Shown in pieces: positions 8,779 through 17,620 of a stretch of DNA of 64,000 nt. How positions within the stretch are numbered: the stretch's first letter is position 1; each line of letters opens with the position of its first letter. The stretch lies in contig CBDCNQ010000005.1 in the NCBI GenBank assembly GCA_965219445.1, positions 640,001 to 704,000 on the forward strand, given 5' to 3'. Origin of the DNA: Longimicrobiales bacterium. Its GTDB lineage: Bacteria > Gemmatimonadota > Gemmatimonadetes > Longimicrobiales > Gaopeijiaceae. The notes beneath the pieces are model-generated. The model did no database searches. It was not told the DNA's origin and saw nothing but the letters and a program-made list of their open reading frames with translations. Made by a program: the position numbers and the translations under genes.

Positions 8779-9963
8779 ATGCGTAAACGACCGCTTACGG
8801 CTGTCTTCGTGGCACGGGTGACGACGCCGGGACGCTACGGCGACGGGGGGCGCGGCGGACTCGGGCTGTACCTCCGCGTCCACCGAATGAAGTCGGGGCG
8901 CGTCTCCAAGTCCTGGGGCCAGCGCGTTCGAGCGGGAGGGAAGCCCACCAATCTCGGACTGGGCTCGTATCCGGTCGTGACGCTCAAGGAAGCGAGGGAG
9001 GAGGCGCTGGAGAACAGGCGCGCGCTCCATTGGGGCCACGATCCGAGAGCCGCCGGGGTTCCCACCTTCGAGGCGGCCGTCGAGAAGGTGATCGTGATCC
9101 ACTCGCCGACCTGGAAGAGCCCTTCCCGCATCGCCGGACAGTGGCGGCAGACGCTGAGGGACTACGCCCATCCGCGCATCGGCCGAAAGCGCGTGAGCGA
9201 GGTCGCGACGGCCGACGTGCTCGCGATCCTACAGCCCATCTGGTCAAGCAAGCCCGCAGCGGCGAGGGTCGTGCGTCAGCGGATCGGCGCGGTGATGAAG
9301 TGGGCCGTCGCGAAGGGCTACCGGTCGGACAACCCGGCGGGTGACGCCATCGCCGCCGCGCTGCCGCGGAACGGCAACGCCACCCGGCATCACCAGGCGC
9401 TCCCGCATGGCGAGGTGTCGGCGGCGCTGGTCAAGGTCCGCAACTCGGGGTCCCATGCCGGTGTCCGGCTGGCGCTCGAGTTCATGGTCCTGACCGCGAC
9501 TCGCTCGAACGAGGTCCGGGGCGCGACGTGGGACGAGTTCGATCACGATGTCTGGACCATTCCCGCCAGCCGCATGAAGGCGAAGCGCGAGCACCGGGTT
9601 CCCCTGTCGAGGCGGGCCTTGGAGATCCTTGAGGAAGCCCGGAAGCGCCACGACGACGGCGAGATCGTCTTCCGGGGCGCGAAGGGAGGAGGCATCAACG
9701 CCTCGCTGTTCAGCGGCTTGCTCCGGGGTCTCGGCATCGAGGGAACGCCTCACGGGATGAGGTCCTCGTTCCGCGACTGGTGTTCGGAGACGGGCGTGGC
9801 GCGCGAGGTGGCCGAAGCGGCGCTGGCCCATGTCGTGAAGAACAAGGTCGAGGCCGCCTACGCCCGTTCCGACCTGCTGGACCGGAGGCGCGAGGTCATG
9901 GAGGCCTGGGCCGACTATCTCGCTGGCAAGCGTCGAGACCCGGAGGCCGAACCGATCCGTTGA
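8779..9963 (+). CDS. P4-type tyrosine integrase with arm-binding domain
   Basis: N-terminal GRYGDG...GLYLRV...LGLG.YP.V.L.EAR; catalytic R (TATRSNE), K, HGMR, LAH, Y (AAY). Confidence 0.93.
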   Translation: MRKRPLTAVFVARVTTPGRYGDGGRGGLGLYLRVHRMKSGRVSKSWGQRVRAGGKPTNLGLGSYPVVTLKEAREEALENRRALHWGHDPRAAGVPTFEAAVEKVIVIHSPTWKSPSRIAGQWRQTLRDYAHPRIGRKRVSEVATADVLAILQPIWSSKPAAARVVRQRIGAVMKWAVAKGYRSDNPAGDAIAAALPRNGNATRHHQALPHGEVSAALVKVRNSGSHAGVRLALEFMVLTATRSNEVRGATWDEFDHDVWTIPASRMKAKREHRVPLSRRALEILEEARKRHDDGEIVFRGAKGGGINASLFSGLLRGLGIEGTPHGMRSSFRDWCSETGVAREVAEAALAHVVKNKVEAAYARSDLLDRRREVMEAWADYLAGKRRDPEAEPIR

Positions 9964-9992
9964 GGCGCTGGCACATGACCGGTTAGAGGTCA

Positions 9993-10072
9993 TGAGCCAG
10001 CTTACCCTTTGGGGCCACGCTTCGCGGGTCCCCGGCAGGGGCTGGCGAGGGGCTGTGCCCCTTCGATCCCCC
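9993..10072 (-). other. ColE1-like oriT candidate 2
   Basis: Minus strand GGGGGATCGAAGGGGCACAGCCCCTCGCCAG...GGGTAAGCTGGCTCA; same layout as the 5867-5935 site. Confidence 0.4.
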
Positions 10073-10668
10073 AGGGAGGCCCGCGCTCCGCTGCGGCGTG
10101 CGTGTTCGCCCAGCGGCGGTCTGGTTCCGATCGTTGCCGATCGCTAGGAGCGGGTCGGTCGGATGGGACTTTCGGCGTTCGTTCGGATACCCTATCTTCG
10201 CCTCCAAAGAGACGCCCCCGGATAGTTCAGCCTTAACGGGATGCCTTGGTGACGACCGGCGAACCGCTCAGACAACGTAAGGCTCGTGGGGCCTTCTTGT
10301 TCAAGAATGAAAACGCGAAAGACCGGCGGTGGTTTATGAAACACGCGGCGGCCACCGCATTGGAGTCCGATCACGTCCAGACGGTAATAGTGATCGGAAG
10401 GAACATTGATCAAGACGACGCGGCCTATCACACTATCGCTCTATTCGGGGCTCCGGTGGACGCGCCCGATTAGCTTCGGACGTCCATCTGTCCAATGGGC
10501 GATGCCCTACCTCACAGGCCGATGGAGAGGTTAGAAGACAATGTACGAAAAAGGGCAAACGGTATTTGTTGACTCCAACACGATGATCCAATTCGGTAAA
10601 TTGAGGTGGTCCCGGTTTTTTGGACAGGTCGTTAAGGTGGATTCCAGAGCGGAAGAGGAGGCACCGAG

Positions 10669-10956
10669 ATGGCCAGGAAGAGACGGCGGTTCACGGCGGA
10701 GTTCAAGGCACGGGTAGCGCTCGAGGCGCTGCGCGAGCGGGACAGCGTGCAGGCGATCGCGGCGCGGCACGAGCTTCATCCGAACCAGGTGACCACATGG
10801 AAGCGGCAGCTGCTCGAAGGGCTGCCGGAGGTGTTTGCCGGGGGCGCGGGCCGCAAGGCCGCCCTGGAGCACGAGGCGAAGATCCGGGACCTGCACGCCA
10901 AGATCGGGGAGCTCACGGTCGAGCGGGATTTTTTTCGGCGCGGGCTCAAGCGCTGA
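10669..10956 (+). CDS. IS3 OrfA (HTH)
   Basis: MARKRRRFTAEFKARVALEA...W; GGAGG RBS. Confidence 0.9.
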   Translation: MARKRRRFTAEFKARVALEALRERDSVQAIAARHELHPNQVTTWKRQLLEGLPEVFAGGAGRKAALEHEAKIRDLHAKIGELTVERDFFRRGLKR

Positions 10957-11792
10957 GCCGGGCGGAGCGGGGGCGGATGATCGAGCGGGACGGACCGCTG
11001 AGTCTTTCGAGGCAGTGCGCGCTGCTGGGCGTGAGCCGGTCGTCGCAGTACTACCGGCCGAAGGGGGAGAGCGCCGAGGACCTGGCGCTCATGCGGCGCA
11101 TGGACGGGCTCCACACGGCGTATCCGTTCTACGGGAGCCGGCAGCTGATGCGGCATCTGCGCCGCGAGGGCGTTGCCGCGGGCCGGCACCGGATCCGGCG
11201 GCTCATGCGCCTGATGGGGATGGAGGCGACCTACCGGCGGCCGCGCACGAGCGTGGCGAGTCCGGAGCACCGGGTCTTCCCCTATCTGCTGCGGGGCCTC
11301 ACGATCTCGCGGGCGGACCACGTGTGGTGCGCGGACATCACCTATGTCCCGGTGACGCAAGGGTTTTTCTACCTGGTGGCTGTGATGGACTGGGCGACCC
11401 GGCACGTGCTCGCCTGGCGGCTGTCGAACACGATGGACGCGTCGTTCTGCGTCCAGGCGCTGGACGACGCGCTGGGCTGGAGGGCTCCGGAGATCCTCAA
11501 TACGGATCAGGGCTCCCAGTTCACCAGCGAGGCGTTCGCCGACCGGGTGCTGGGTGCGGGCGTGCGCTTCTCGATGGACGGCCGGGGCCGCTTCCTCGAC
11601 AACATCTTCATCGAGCGGCTGTGGCGGTCGCTGAAGTACGAGGCGGTGTACCTCTACGAGCTCCGGGACGGGCCCGACGCCCAACGCATCATCGGCTCGT
11701 GGATCGACTTCTACAACGAAGCACGCCCGCACTCGTCGCTGGGCGGACGGACGCCGGGCGAGGCCTATCGCGAAGGCGCGGAGGTGTGGTGA
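10929..11792 (+). CDS. IS3 OrfB DDE transposase, expected via -1 frameshift
   Basis: T7 run at 10929-10935; WCADITY, NTDQGSQF, DNIFIERLWRSLKYE. Confidence 0.9.
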   Translation, partial: FFSARAQALSRAERGRMIERDGPLSLSRQCALLGVSRSSQYYRPKGESAEDLALMRRMDGLHTAYPFYGSRQLMRHLRREGVAAGRHRIRRLMRLMGMEATYRRPRTSVASPEHRVFPYLLRGLTISRADHVWCADITYVPVTQGFFYLVAVMDWATRHVLAWRLSNTMDASFCVQALDDALGWRAPEILNTDQGSQFTSEAFADRVLGAGVRFSMDGRGRFLDNIFIERLWRSLKYEAVYLYELRDGPDAQRIIGSWIDFYNEARPHSSLGGRTPGEAYREGAEVW

Positions 11793-12805
11793 GGACGATC
11801 CGGCGCGACGCCACCCAACCGGCGCAACGACGCCTGCGATCGTCACGGGATCTACGCGCGGCCCTTCCCTCCGTCTTCCCATCGGGAACCAGTCCCGACG
11901 GGAAGGCGGAGGTTATATTCAAACCGGGCTCGAAGGAGAACACCCAGCCTCAAGCGGGACCCCGAGGGCTTTGGAGACCATCGGAATCCACCTTAAGATC
12001 GCCCTCGGACTGTCCAACGAAGTAGGACCACCTCACGGTACACGACGCAAGAGTGATTGAAAGTGAGTTGATAACGAAGCCAGCAAGCACGTTGTTGATT
12101 CCACATCAAATGAAGAGCATATTGGCCAAAGGAAAAGCCAAAATGGAAGTCGAGATATCATATGACTATCCGATCGGGATGGAGCCGAAAACGAGGCAAT
12201 TTGAGATTGACGTCTACTTGTTTCACAGTGTCGCAGAGGATGGAGAAGAAGGGACGTGTATTGAGTTGATGTCATCAAGGGATTGGTCTAGAGTGATATT
12301 CCTTGGCATATAGGAATTGCAGCTGATCGCAGGGTGTACACACGGTAATCACCTGACACACGGCCTCGCCGACGTCAGGGTCTATACGGCTGGCTTGACC
12401 TCCTTTCTGGTCGGCTTCTTCCGGTTCCGGGCTGAAGACTTGGCCGGGATTCCTGCCTTGAAGACCTCGTAGGGCATCCGCCTCTCAATCCCATGACCGC
12501 GGTGGGGGCTGCAAAGTCCAGCCGGCTCTCCACTCCGCGACTCGGCCACCAGACTTCTTGCGAAAGGGACCGAAGCCGCTCGGAGCCCGAAAACGGGCTC
12601 CACAAAGGGGCTCGTCAGCCCTCTGGGGTGCATTCCACGACCTGAATGCATTCCTGTCGGCCCGATTTTCCGCAGCCTGCTAGAACCCGAGGCCGCGCCG
12701 AGCCCACCGAAAGACTTCCGCTGATCCTCGAGCGCCCAGCCGATTCCGCTGCCTAGAACCATTAGCGGCTCGGCCCATAATCCCGCTCTCGCCCACGCTG
12801 GCGCA

Positions 12806-12991
12806 TCAGCTCCAGCGCCCGCGTAACGTCTCGGCGAGTGTCCTGTAGTCCTGGGCCAAGTGCGTCACTTGCGCGCTGAGCTGTTCGACCTGCCGCCGCA
12901 AGGTCTCGACCTGCGCGGCGTGCTGCCGCTGCGCCTGCTCGTACTGCGCGGACGACGCCCGCAAGGCCTTCGTCAACTGCCGTTCTAACAT
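12806..12991 (-). CDS. MbeD/MobD-like coiled-coil protein
   Basis: LERQLTKAL...QVEQLSAQVTHL, nested in the relaxase 3' part as in ColE1. Confidence 0.65.
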   Translation of the reverse strand: MLERQLTKALRASSAQYEQAQRQHAAQVETLRRQVEQLSAQVTHLAQDYRTLAETLRGRWS

Positions 12992-13010
12992 ACGCGGTCA
13001 TAGAGCTCCT

Positions 13011-13502
13011 TCACTCGTTCGACAGCTTCACGGCCGGCCGAGTGTCCACGGTCCAAGGCGGATAGGCAAGCGCGCCGGCCGGCAGCACCACGAATCGCTC
13101 CCCCTCGTCCCGAAGCGTGATCCTCCAGGTGGTCGCCTCGAGCCGCTCCAGGGTCCGGCGGGCCTCCTCGATCTCCAGGTCGAGGGCGGCCACCGTCTGG
13201 ATCCGGGCTTGGATGCGTGTCGACAGCCATTGCACCGTCGCCCAGCTCCCGCCGCAGATGCCGAGCCAGAGGCTCAGGCCGACGACCAGCGGCCGGAGCC
13301 AGGCCTTGAGCAGGAGCGTGTGCATCCGCCCGGTCGCCACCGCCGTATCGCGTTCGATGGTACGCAGCGCGTTGTTCGCAACGCGCCTGGAGTTCGCGCC
13401 GAGCCGCTCGAGCTCGCTCGTCGTCAGTTCCTCGATCGCCTGGCGTTCGCTCTCCAGCCGTCTCCGCAACCGCGCGGTCAAGTCGTTCGCGTTGGAAGTC
13501 AT
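13011..13502 (-). CDS. MbeB/MobB-like protein (one TM segment), nested in the relaxase gene
   Basis: Alternate frame inside mbeA, coiled coil plus hydrophobic segment; GGAGAG RBS. Confidence 0.65.
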   Translation of the reverse strand: MTSNANDLTARLRRRLESERQAIEELTTSELERLGANSRRVANNALRTIERDTAVATGRMHTLLLKAWLRPLVVGLSLWLGICGGSWATVQWLSTRIQARIQTVAALDLEIEEARRTLERLEATTWRITLRDEGERFVVLPAGALAYPPWTVDTRPAVKLSNE

Positions 13503-14207
13503 GTGCGTACAGCTCTCCTTTCAGCCGCCACCGGTCTCCGGTCCTTGGATCAAGGGCCGTCAGGTAGTCCCTGCCCTGGCGCGGCACCTCCAGGCCCGCC
13601 TCCTGCAAGGCTGCGACGACATCGGCCTGGTTCTGTACGGTGCCGTGCTCGACACGCTGGAGCAGGTAGTCCCGGATCAGGTCGCGGGGGGAGGGCTCGA
13701 GCGCGAGGCCGGCCCGCAGCTGGGCCGCCTCGACATATGCGCGGTGCCCGGGTTGCTGCACCCGTGCCCGCGCCGGGTCATCCGGCCGGCTCCAGCCGTG
13801 TGCGGCGTTGAAGGCGTCGCGCAGCGGACCGAACGTCTTCTGCCAGCCCGGCGGCGCGATGTTGAGGCTCCGGCCGGTCTCGAGGTCGCAATCCGCCAAC
13901 GAAGACCCCGGCCAAGGACCTAGTGACGTCGCCGGCGCGACCGCCAAGCGGCATCAATTGGTCGCGGGAAAAGTATACCCTCTGGCGTTATAGTTCGGCG
14001 CCTTGCCGTCACGAGGGGAGGGGCCCTAGCCTGTGCTGCCGAGCTAGGATCAAAGGCATCATAGGGGCATGGCGACCGCTACCGGTACCGATCAGCAGCG
14101 AAGCAGCCCGAAGACGAAGAGGCGTTCTCCTCCGGGAACGGGTGCGCGTTCATCATTATTCGCGCAAGCAAGCAACCCAACCCGTCCTACCCAAGAGGAG
14201 GATGCCC

Positions 14208-15263
14208 ATGGAGAGGTATATCGGACTCGACGCACACGCGTCGAGCTGCACGCTGGGGATTGTAGGCCCCAGCGGCAAGCGCTTGGGCTCGCAGGTGGTG
14301 GAGACGAACGCGCGGGCGCTGATCGAGGTGCTGCGAGGGATTCCGAGGAACCGGCACTTATGCCTGGAAGAAGGGACGCTGTCGGGGTGGCTGTACGAGG
14401 TGCTGAAGCCGCACGTGGAGGAGCTGACGGTGGCGGGGGTCGGCAAGAGCCGGGGCCCGAAGACCGACAAGCTGGACGCGTTTGCCCTGGCGGAGAAGCT
14501 GCGGATCGGATCACTGGAGACGACGGTCTACAAGAACCGGGGCCAGTTCAGGCGGCTGGGGGAACGGGCGAAGAGCTACGACTTCTTGGTCGGCGACACG
14601 GTGCGGGTGAAGAACCGGCTCAAGAGCGTGCTGCGCTCGAGAGGAGTGGCCTACGGCGCGGGGCGCTCGGTCTACTTAAAGCGCGACCGGGAGGAGTGGT
14701 TGGCCAAGCTGCCGGAAGCGAGCAGGACGACGGCCGGGTTGCTGTACGAGGAGCACGACGCACTCGTGGCATTGAGGGCGAAGGCCGAGAAGGCGTTGCT
14801 GGCGGAAGCACGCAAGCATCGAGAGTGGCATGTGCTGAAGACGTGCCCGGGTCTGGGTCCGATCCGGACGGCGGAGCTCCTGCCGGTGGTGGTGACGCCG
14901 TACCGGTTCCAGAGCCGGAGCAGGTTCTGGGCGTACTGCGGACTGGGCGTCGTGATGCGGAGCTCGTCGGACTGGGTGCGGGGTCCGGGTGGGCGGTGGG
15001 TAAGGGAACCGGTACAGCAGACGCGGGGGCTGAATCGGAACTTCAACCACACGCTGAAGCGTGTGTTCAAGGGCGCAGCGACGACGGTGATCGGTCGGGC
15101 CGAGGACGAGCCCTTGTACCGCCACTACGAGCGACTCCTGGAGGGGGGCACGAAGCCGAATCTGGCGAAGCTGACGATCGCGCGTCAGCTCGCCTCGATC
15201 GTGCTAGCGGTGTGGCGCACGGGCGAAGCGTACGACCCCAAGAGACTGGAAGCGACGGAGTAA
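14208..15263 (+). CDS. IS110 family DEDD recombinase/transposase
   Basis: YIGLDAH, CLEEG, KTDKLDA (DEDD), PGLGP HhH, YCGL...SS; GAGGAGG RBS. Confidence 0.93.
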   Translation: MERYIGLDAHASSCTLGIVGPSGKRLGSQVVETNARALIEVLRGIPRNRHLCLEEGTLSGWLYEVLKPHVEELTVAGVGKSRGPKTDKLDAFALAEKLRIGSLETTVYKNRGQFRRLGERAKSYDFLVGDTVRVKNRLKSVLRSRGVAYGAGRSVYLKRDREEWLAKLPEASRTTAGLLYEEHDALVALRAKAEKALLAEARKHREWHVLKTCPGLGPIRTAELLPVVVTPYRFQSRSRFWAYCGLGVVMRSSSDWVRGPGGRWVREPVQQTRGLNRNFNHTLKRVFKGAATTVIGRAEDEPLYRHYERLLEGGTKPNLAKLTIARQLASIVLAVWRTGEAYDPKRLEATE

Positions 15264-15340
15264 ACCGGCCTGGGATCGGCGAGCGTGGGGTCGAAAGCGG
15301 TCACAACATGGGGTCCGACGAAACGGAAGCGAACCGGTTA

Positions 15341-15475
15341 CAGGGGACAGCATCCATACACACCGTGGGCCGGGGCAGAGAGCCCAAGCCCCCACTCAAA
15401 GGCTATGCACCCCTGGAGAGCCGAACGAAGCGATGGGCCACAGAGTCCCAGATAGAAGGATGGTTCCCGCTCCAG
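15341..15475 (+). ncRNA. Predicted bridge/seek RNA core (target- and donor-binding loops)
   Basis: Internal-loop hairpins carry TACACACC (15357-64), TCAAAGG (15396-402) and ATAGAAGG (15452-59), matching target and donor junction. Confidence 0.75.
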
Positions 15476-15748
15476 AGCGGAGAACGCGACGGCTGTGAAC
15501 GTCTTCCGGACTGCGATGCGGACCCTGCGAGCGCACCCCTCCCCACCCTGAGTCGTCGACCGGGCAATCCAAACCATGCGGACGCCGACGGTCAAAAAAT
15601 GAGCCGACGGCGCGTGGGGAAGGTGCGTCTTGACCGCCAGCCCCATAGAAGGGTGTGTAAAAAAAGAGGCGACGTACCTTTCCGCTAGGTAGTAAGAAGT
15701 TAACCAGCGAATCCCGGGTGAGCGCCCGGGGGAAAGGAACGATGCCTC

Positions 15749-16993
15749 GTGAGGAAGAATATGGTGGGACCCGAGAGTGAGTCCAGCACGCCGACGTGGG
15801 AGTGCTTGGAAGCGCTGGTTCGTGAGAAGGCCCAGGAGATGGTCCAGCGGATTCTGGAGGAGGAAGTGACGGAGTTGCTCGGCCGGGAGAAGTCGGAGCG
15901 GAAGACGGTCGTAGACCCGGCGCCAGGCTACCGCAACGGCTACGGCAAGGCTCGGCGGCTGGCGATGAGCTCGGGCACGATCATGCTCCGACGGCCCCGG
16001 GTTCGAGGCATTGAGGAGCGGTTCGAGAGTCGGGTGTTGCCGTTGTTCGCACGACGGACGAAGGAGGTGGGTGCTCTGCTTCCGGAGCTGTATCTGCACG
16101 GGCTGGCGGAGGGAGACTTCGAGCTGGCGATGCGGGGCCTGCTGGGCGAGGGGGCCCCGTTGTCGAAGTCTTCGATTTGGCGGCTGCGGGCGGGATGGAC
16201 AAGGAAATTCGAGGAATGGTCGAAGCGCTCGCTGGCCGACCGTGAGGTCGTCTACGTCTGGGCGGACGGGATCTACGTGAAGGCGGGGCTCGAGCGGGAC
16301 AAGGCAGCGCTGCTGGTGGTTCTCGGTGCGATGCGAGATGGTACGAAGGAGGTGTTGGCCCTGAGATCGGGCTACCGAGAGTCGGTCGAGTCCTGGTCCG
16401 AGGTGTTGCGGGATCTGAAGGCACGCGGCATCGAGGCGCCCCGGCTTTTGATGGCGGACGGCAACGCGGCGATCTGGGGCGCAGTACGGCAGGTATGGCC
16501 TGAGGCGGGCGAGCAACGGTGCTGGAACCACAAGATGAGGAACGTGCTGGACCGGCTGCCTCAGCGGGAGCAGAGCGAGGCGAAGGACCTTCTCAGGACC
16601 GTGGTCTACGCACCGAGGCGGTCCGAGGCGCTGAAGGCCCGTGAGGCGTTCGCCAGGCGCTACAGACCGTGGTATCCGAAGGCGGTGGATGTACTCGAGG
16701 ACGACTGGGAGCGGATGGTGGCGTTCTACGACTTCCCCGAGGACCACTGGAAGCATCTACGCACGACGAACGTGGTCGAGAGCCCCTTTGCCGCAGTACG
16801 GCTCAGGACAACGGCGGCGAAGCGCTTCAAGCGGGTCGAGAGCGCTACGGCGCTGATCTGGAAGCTGCTCTTGGTGGCGGAGAAGCGCTTCAGAAGGCTC
16901 GACGCTCCTCACCTCCTCAAGGACGTATTTGAAGGAAGAAAGTTCGAAGACGGAAAGCCCGTCTCAACCCAACAGCGGAAAAACGCCGCCTGA
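15749..16993 (+). CDS. IS256 family transposase
   Basis: YRNGY, YVWADGIY, MADGN, QRCWNHK, RTTNVVES. Confidence 0.95.
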   Translation: MRKNMVGPESESSTPTWECLEALVREKAQEMVQRILEEEVTELLGREKSERKTVVDPAPGYRNGYGKARRLAMSSGTIMLRRPRVRGIEERFESRVLPLFARRTKEVGALLPELYLHGLAEGDFELAMRGLLGEGAPLSKSSIWRLRAGWTRKFEEWSKRSLADREVVYVWADGIYVKAGLERDKAALLVVLGAMRDGTKEVLALRSGYRESVESWSEVLRDLKARGIEAPRLLMADGNAAIWGAVRQVWPEAGEQRCWNHKMRNVLDRLPQREQSEAKDLLRTVVYAPRRSEALKAREAFARRYRPWYPKAVDVLEDDWERMVAFYDFPEDHWKHLRTTNVVESPFAAVRLRTTAAKRFKRVESATALIWKLLLVAEKRFRRLDAPHLLKDVFEGRKFEDGKPVSTQQRKNAA

Positions 16994-17153
16994 AACATTT
17001 ACACACCTATTGACCCAACCTCTTTCTCGTCATAGATGAAATCTCGTGACGAGCTGTGTCTCATGCCATGAAAAAAAACGGTGCCTGTCGGTCACGGCGA
17101 GCGCTCCTCCATTCCTCGTGATCTGCCTCGAAGGCAGCGGCGATCACGAGCGC

Positions 17154-17620
17154 TTACCGCCCCGGACGCTCCAGTTTACCTCGATGCAGCTCGTCGTAAA
17201 AGTCGAACATCTCCCGGTTGTAGTCCGGCTTCCGAGCCCCCTCGAACAGCTCGATGATCTCGAAGAGCATCTCGAGACGTTGAGCCATCGTAAGGTGACT
17301 CCTAAGATCCTCCGGCTCCAGAAACCCACGGTCGCAGAACTGCTGGGTTTTCCGGAAGTAGGACTTGATCAAGCGACGGGCGGCATTCGTGCGCTGCACG
17401 ATCAGTCGCCGCTCCTCTGGCAGGGCTCCCAAACGATCCAACTCGCGGAAAAGATCCGCCGCCCAGTCTCCATTCCCGCCACCACTCCACTGCCGGACGA
17501 GTCCGGCCGCCTGATAATACTCCTCCGACCAGAACTGGTCATGGAGATGGGAGATCAGCAGCGCGCGTTCGGTCGGTTCGGATCCTGCCACTTTCCCTCT
17601 AGAAGGCCATTGAGTTAGGA
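17154..17620 (-). CDS. Hypothetical protein (start uncertain)
   Basis: Open frame with protein-like helical composition; no recognised motif. Confidence 0.5.

Larger units (their letters stand above)
10602..12035 (+). mobile_element. IS3 family insertion sequence
   Basis: TG...CA ends; IRL TGAGGTGGTCCCGGTTTTTTGGACAG versus IRR reverse complement TGAGGTGGTCCTACTTCGTTGGACAG; orfA/orfB inside. Confidence 0.93.
10541..12313 (+). pseudogene. Low-GC hypothetical gene apparently split by IS3
   Basis: MYEKGQTVFVDSNTMIQFGK (10541-10601) joins in frame to 12036-12313 when the IS is removed. Confidence 0.4.
12762..13890 (-). pseudogene. MbeA/MobA-like relaxase, N-terminally deleted and frameshifted
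   Basis: CDLETGRSLNIAPPGW...GWSRPDDPARAR, R.RLKG; catalytic N-terminus absent. The C-terminal tail (VRTAVDEG...RERDYGPSR) is in another frame after about 12990. Confidence 0.75.
14053..15652 (+). mobile_element. IS110/IS1111-type element bounded by AAGG cores
   Basis: AAGG at 14053-14056 and 15649-15652; imperfect subterminal IRs GGGGCATGGC (left) / GCCAGCCCC (right); about 390-nt 3' non-coding end. Confidence 0.85.
14041..17022 (+). mobile_element. IS256 family element whose left IR is interrupted by an IS110
   Basis: IRR 16999-17022 (reverse complement GAGGTTGGGTCAATAGGTGTGTAA). IRL rebuilt from 14041-14056 plus 15653-15660 is GAGCTAGGATCAAAGGGTGTGTAA (19/24 match). Confidence 0.85.

Noticed and set aside
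12382..12762. ORFs downstream of the mob genes
   Set aside because: No recognisable family; at most a 31-aa basic peptide, unsupported.
14057..14207. IS110 left non-coding end as the guide RNA source
   Set aside because: It has small hairpins but no target-arm matches; those are in the right end.
14069..15688. 539-aa ORF overlapping the IS110 gene
   Set aside because: Low-complexity G/A/R-rich shadow frame of a GC-rich gene.
17030..17105. Short minus-strand ORF with GGAGG RBS and a T8 tract next to IS256
   Set aside because: Too short to assign; phase variation or IS truncation cannot be supported.
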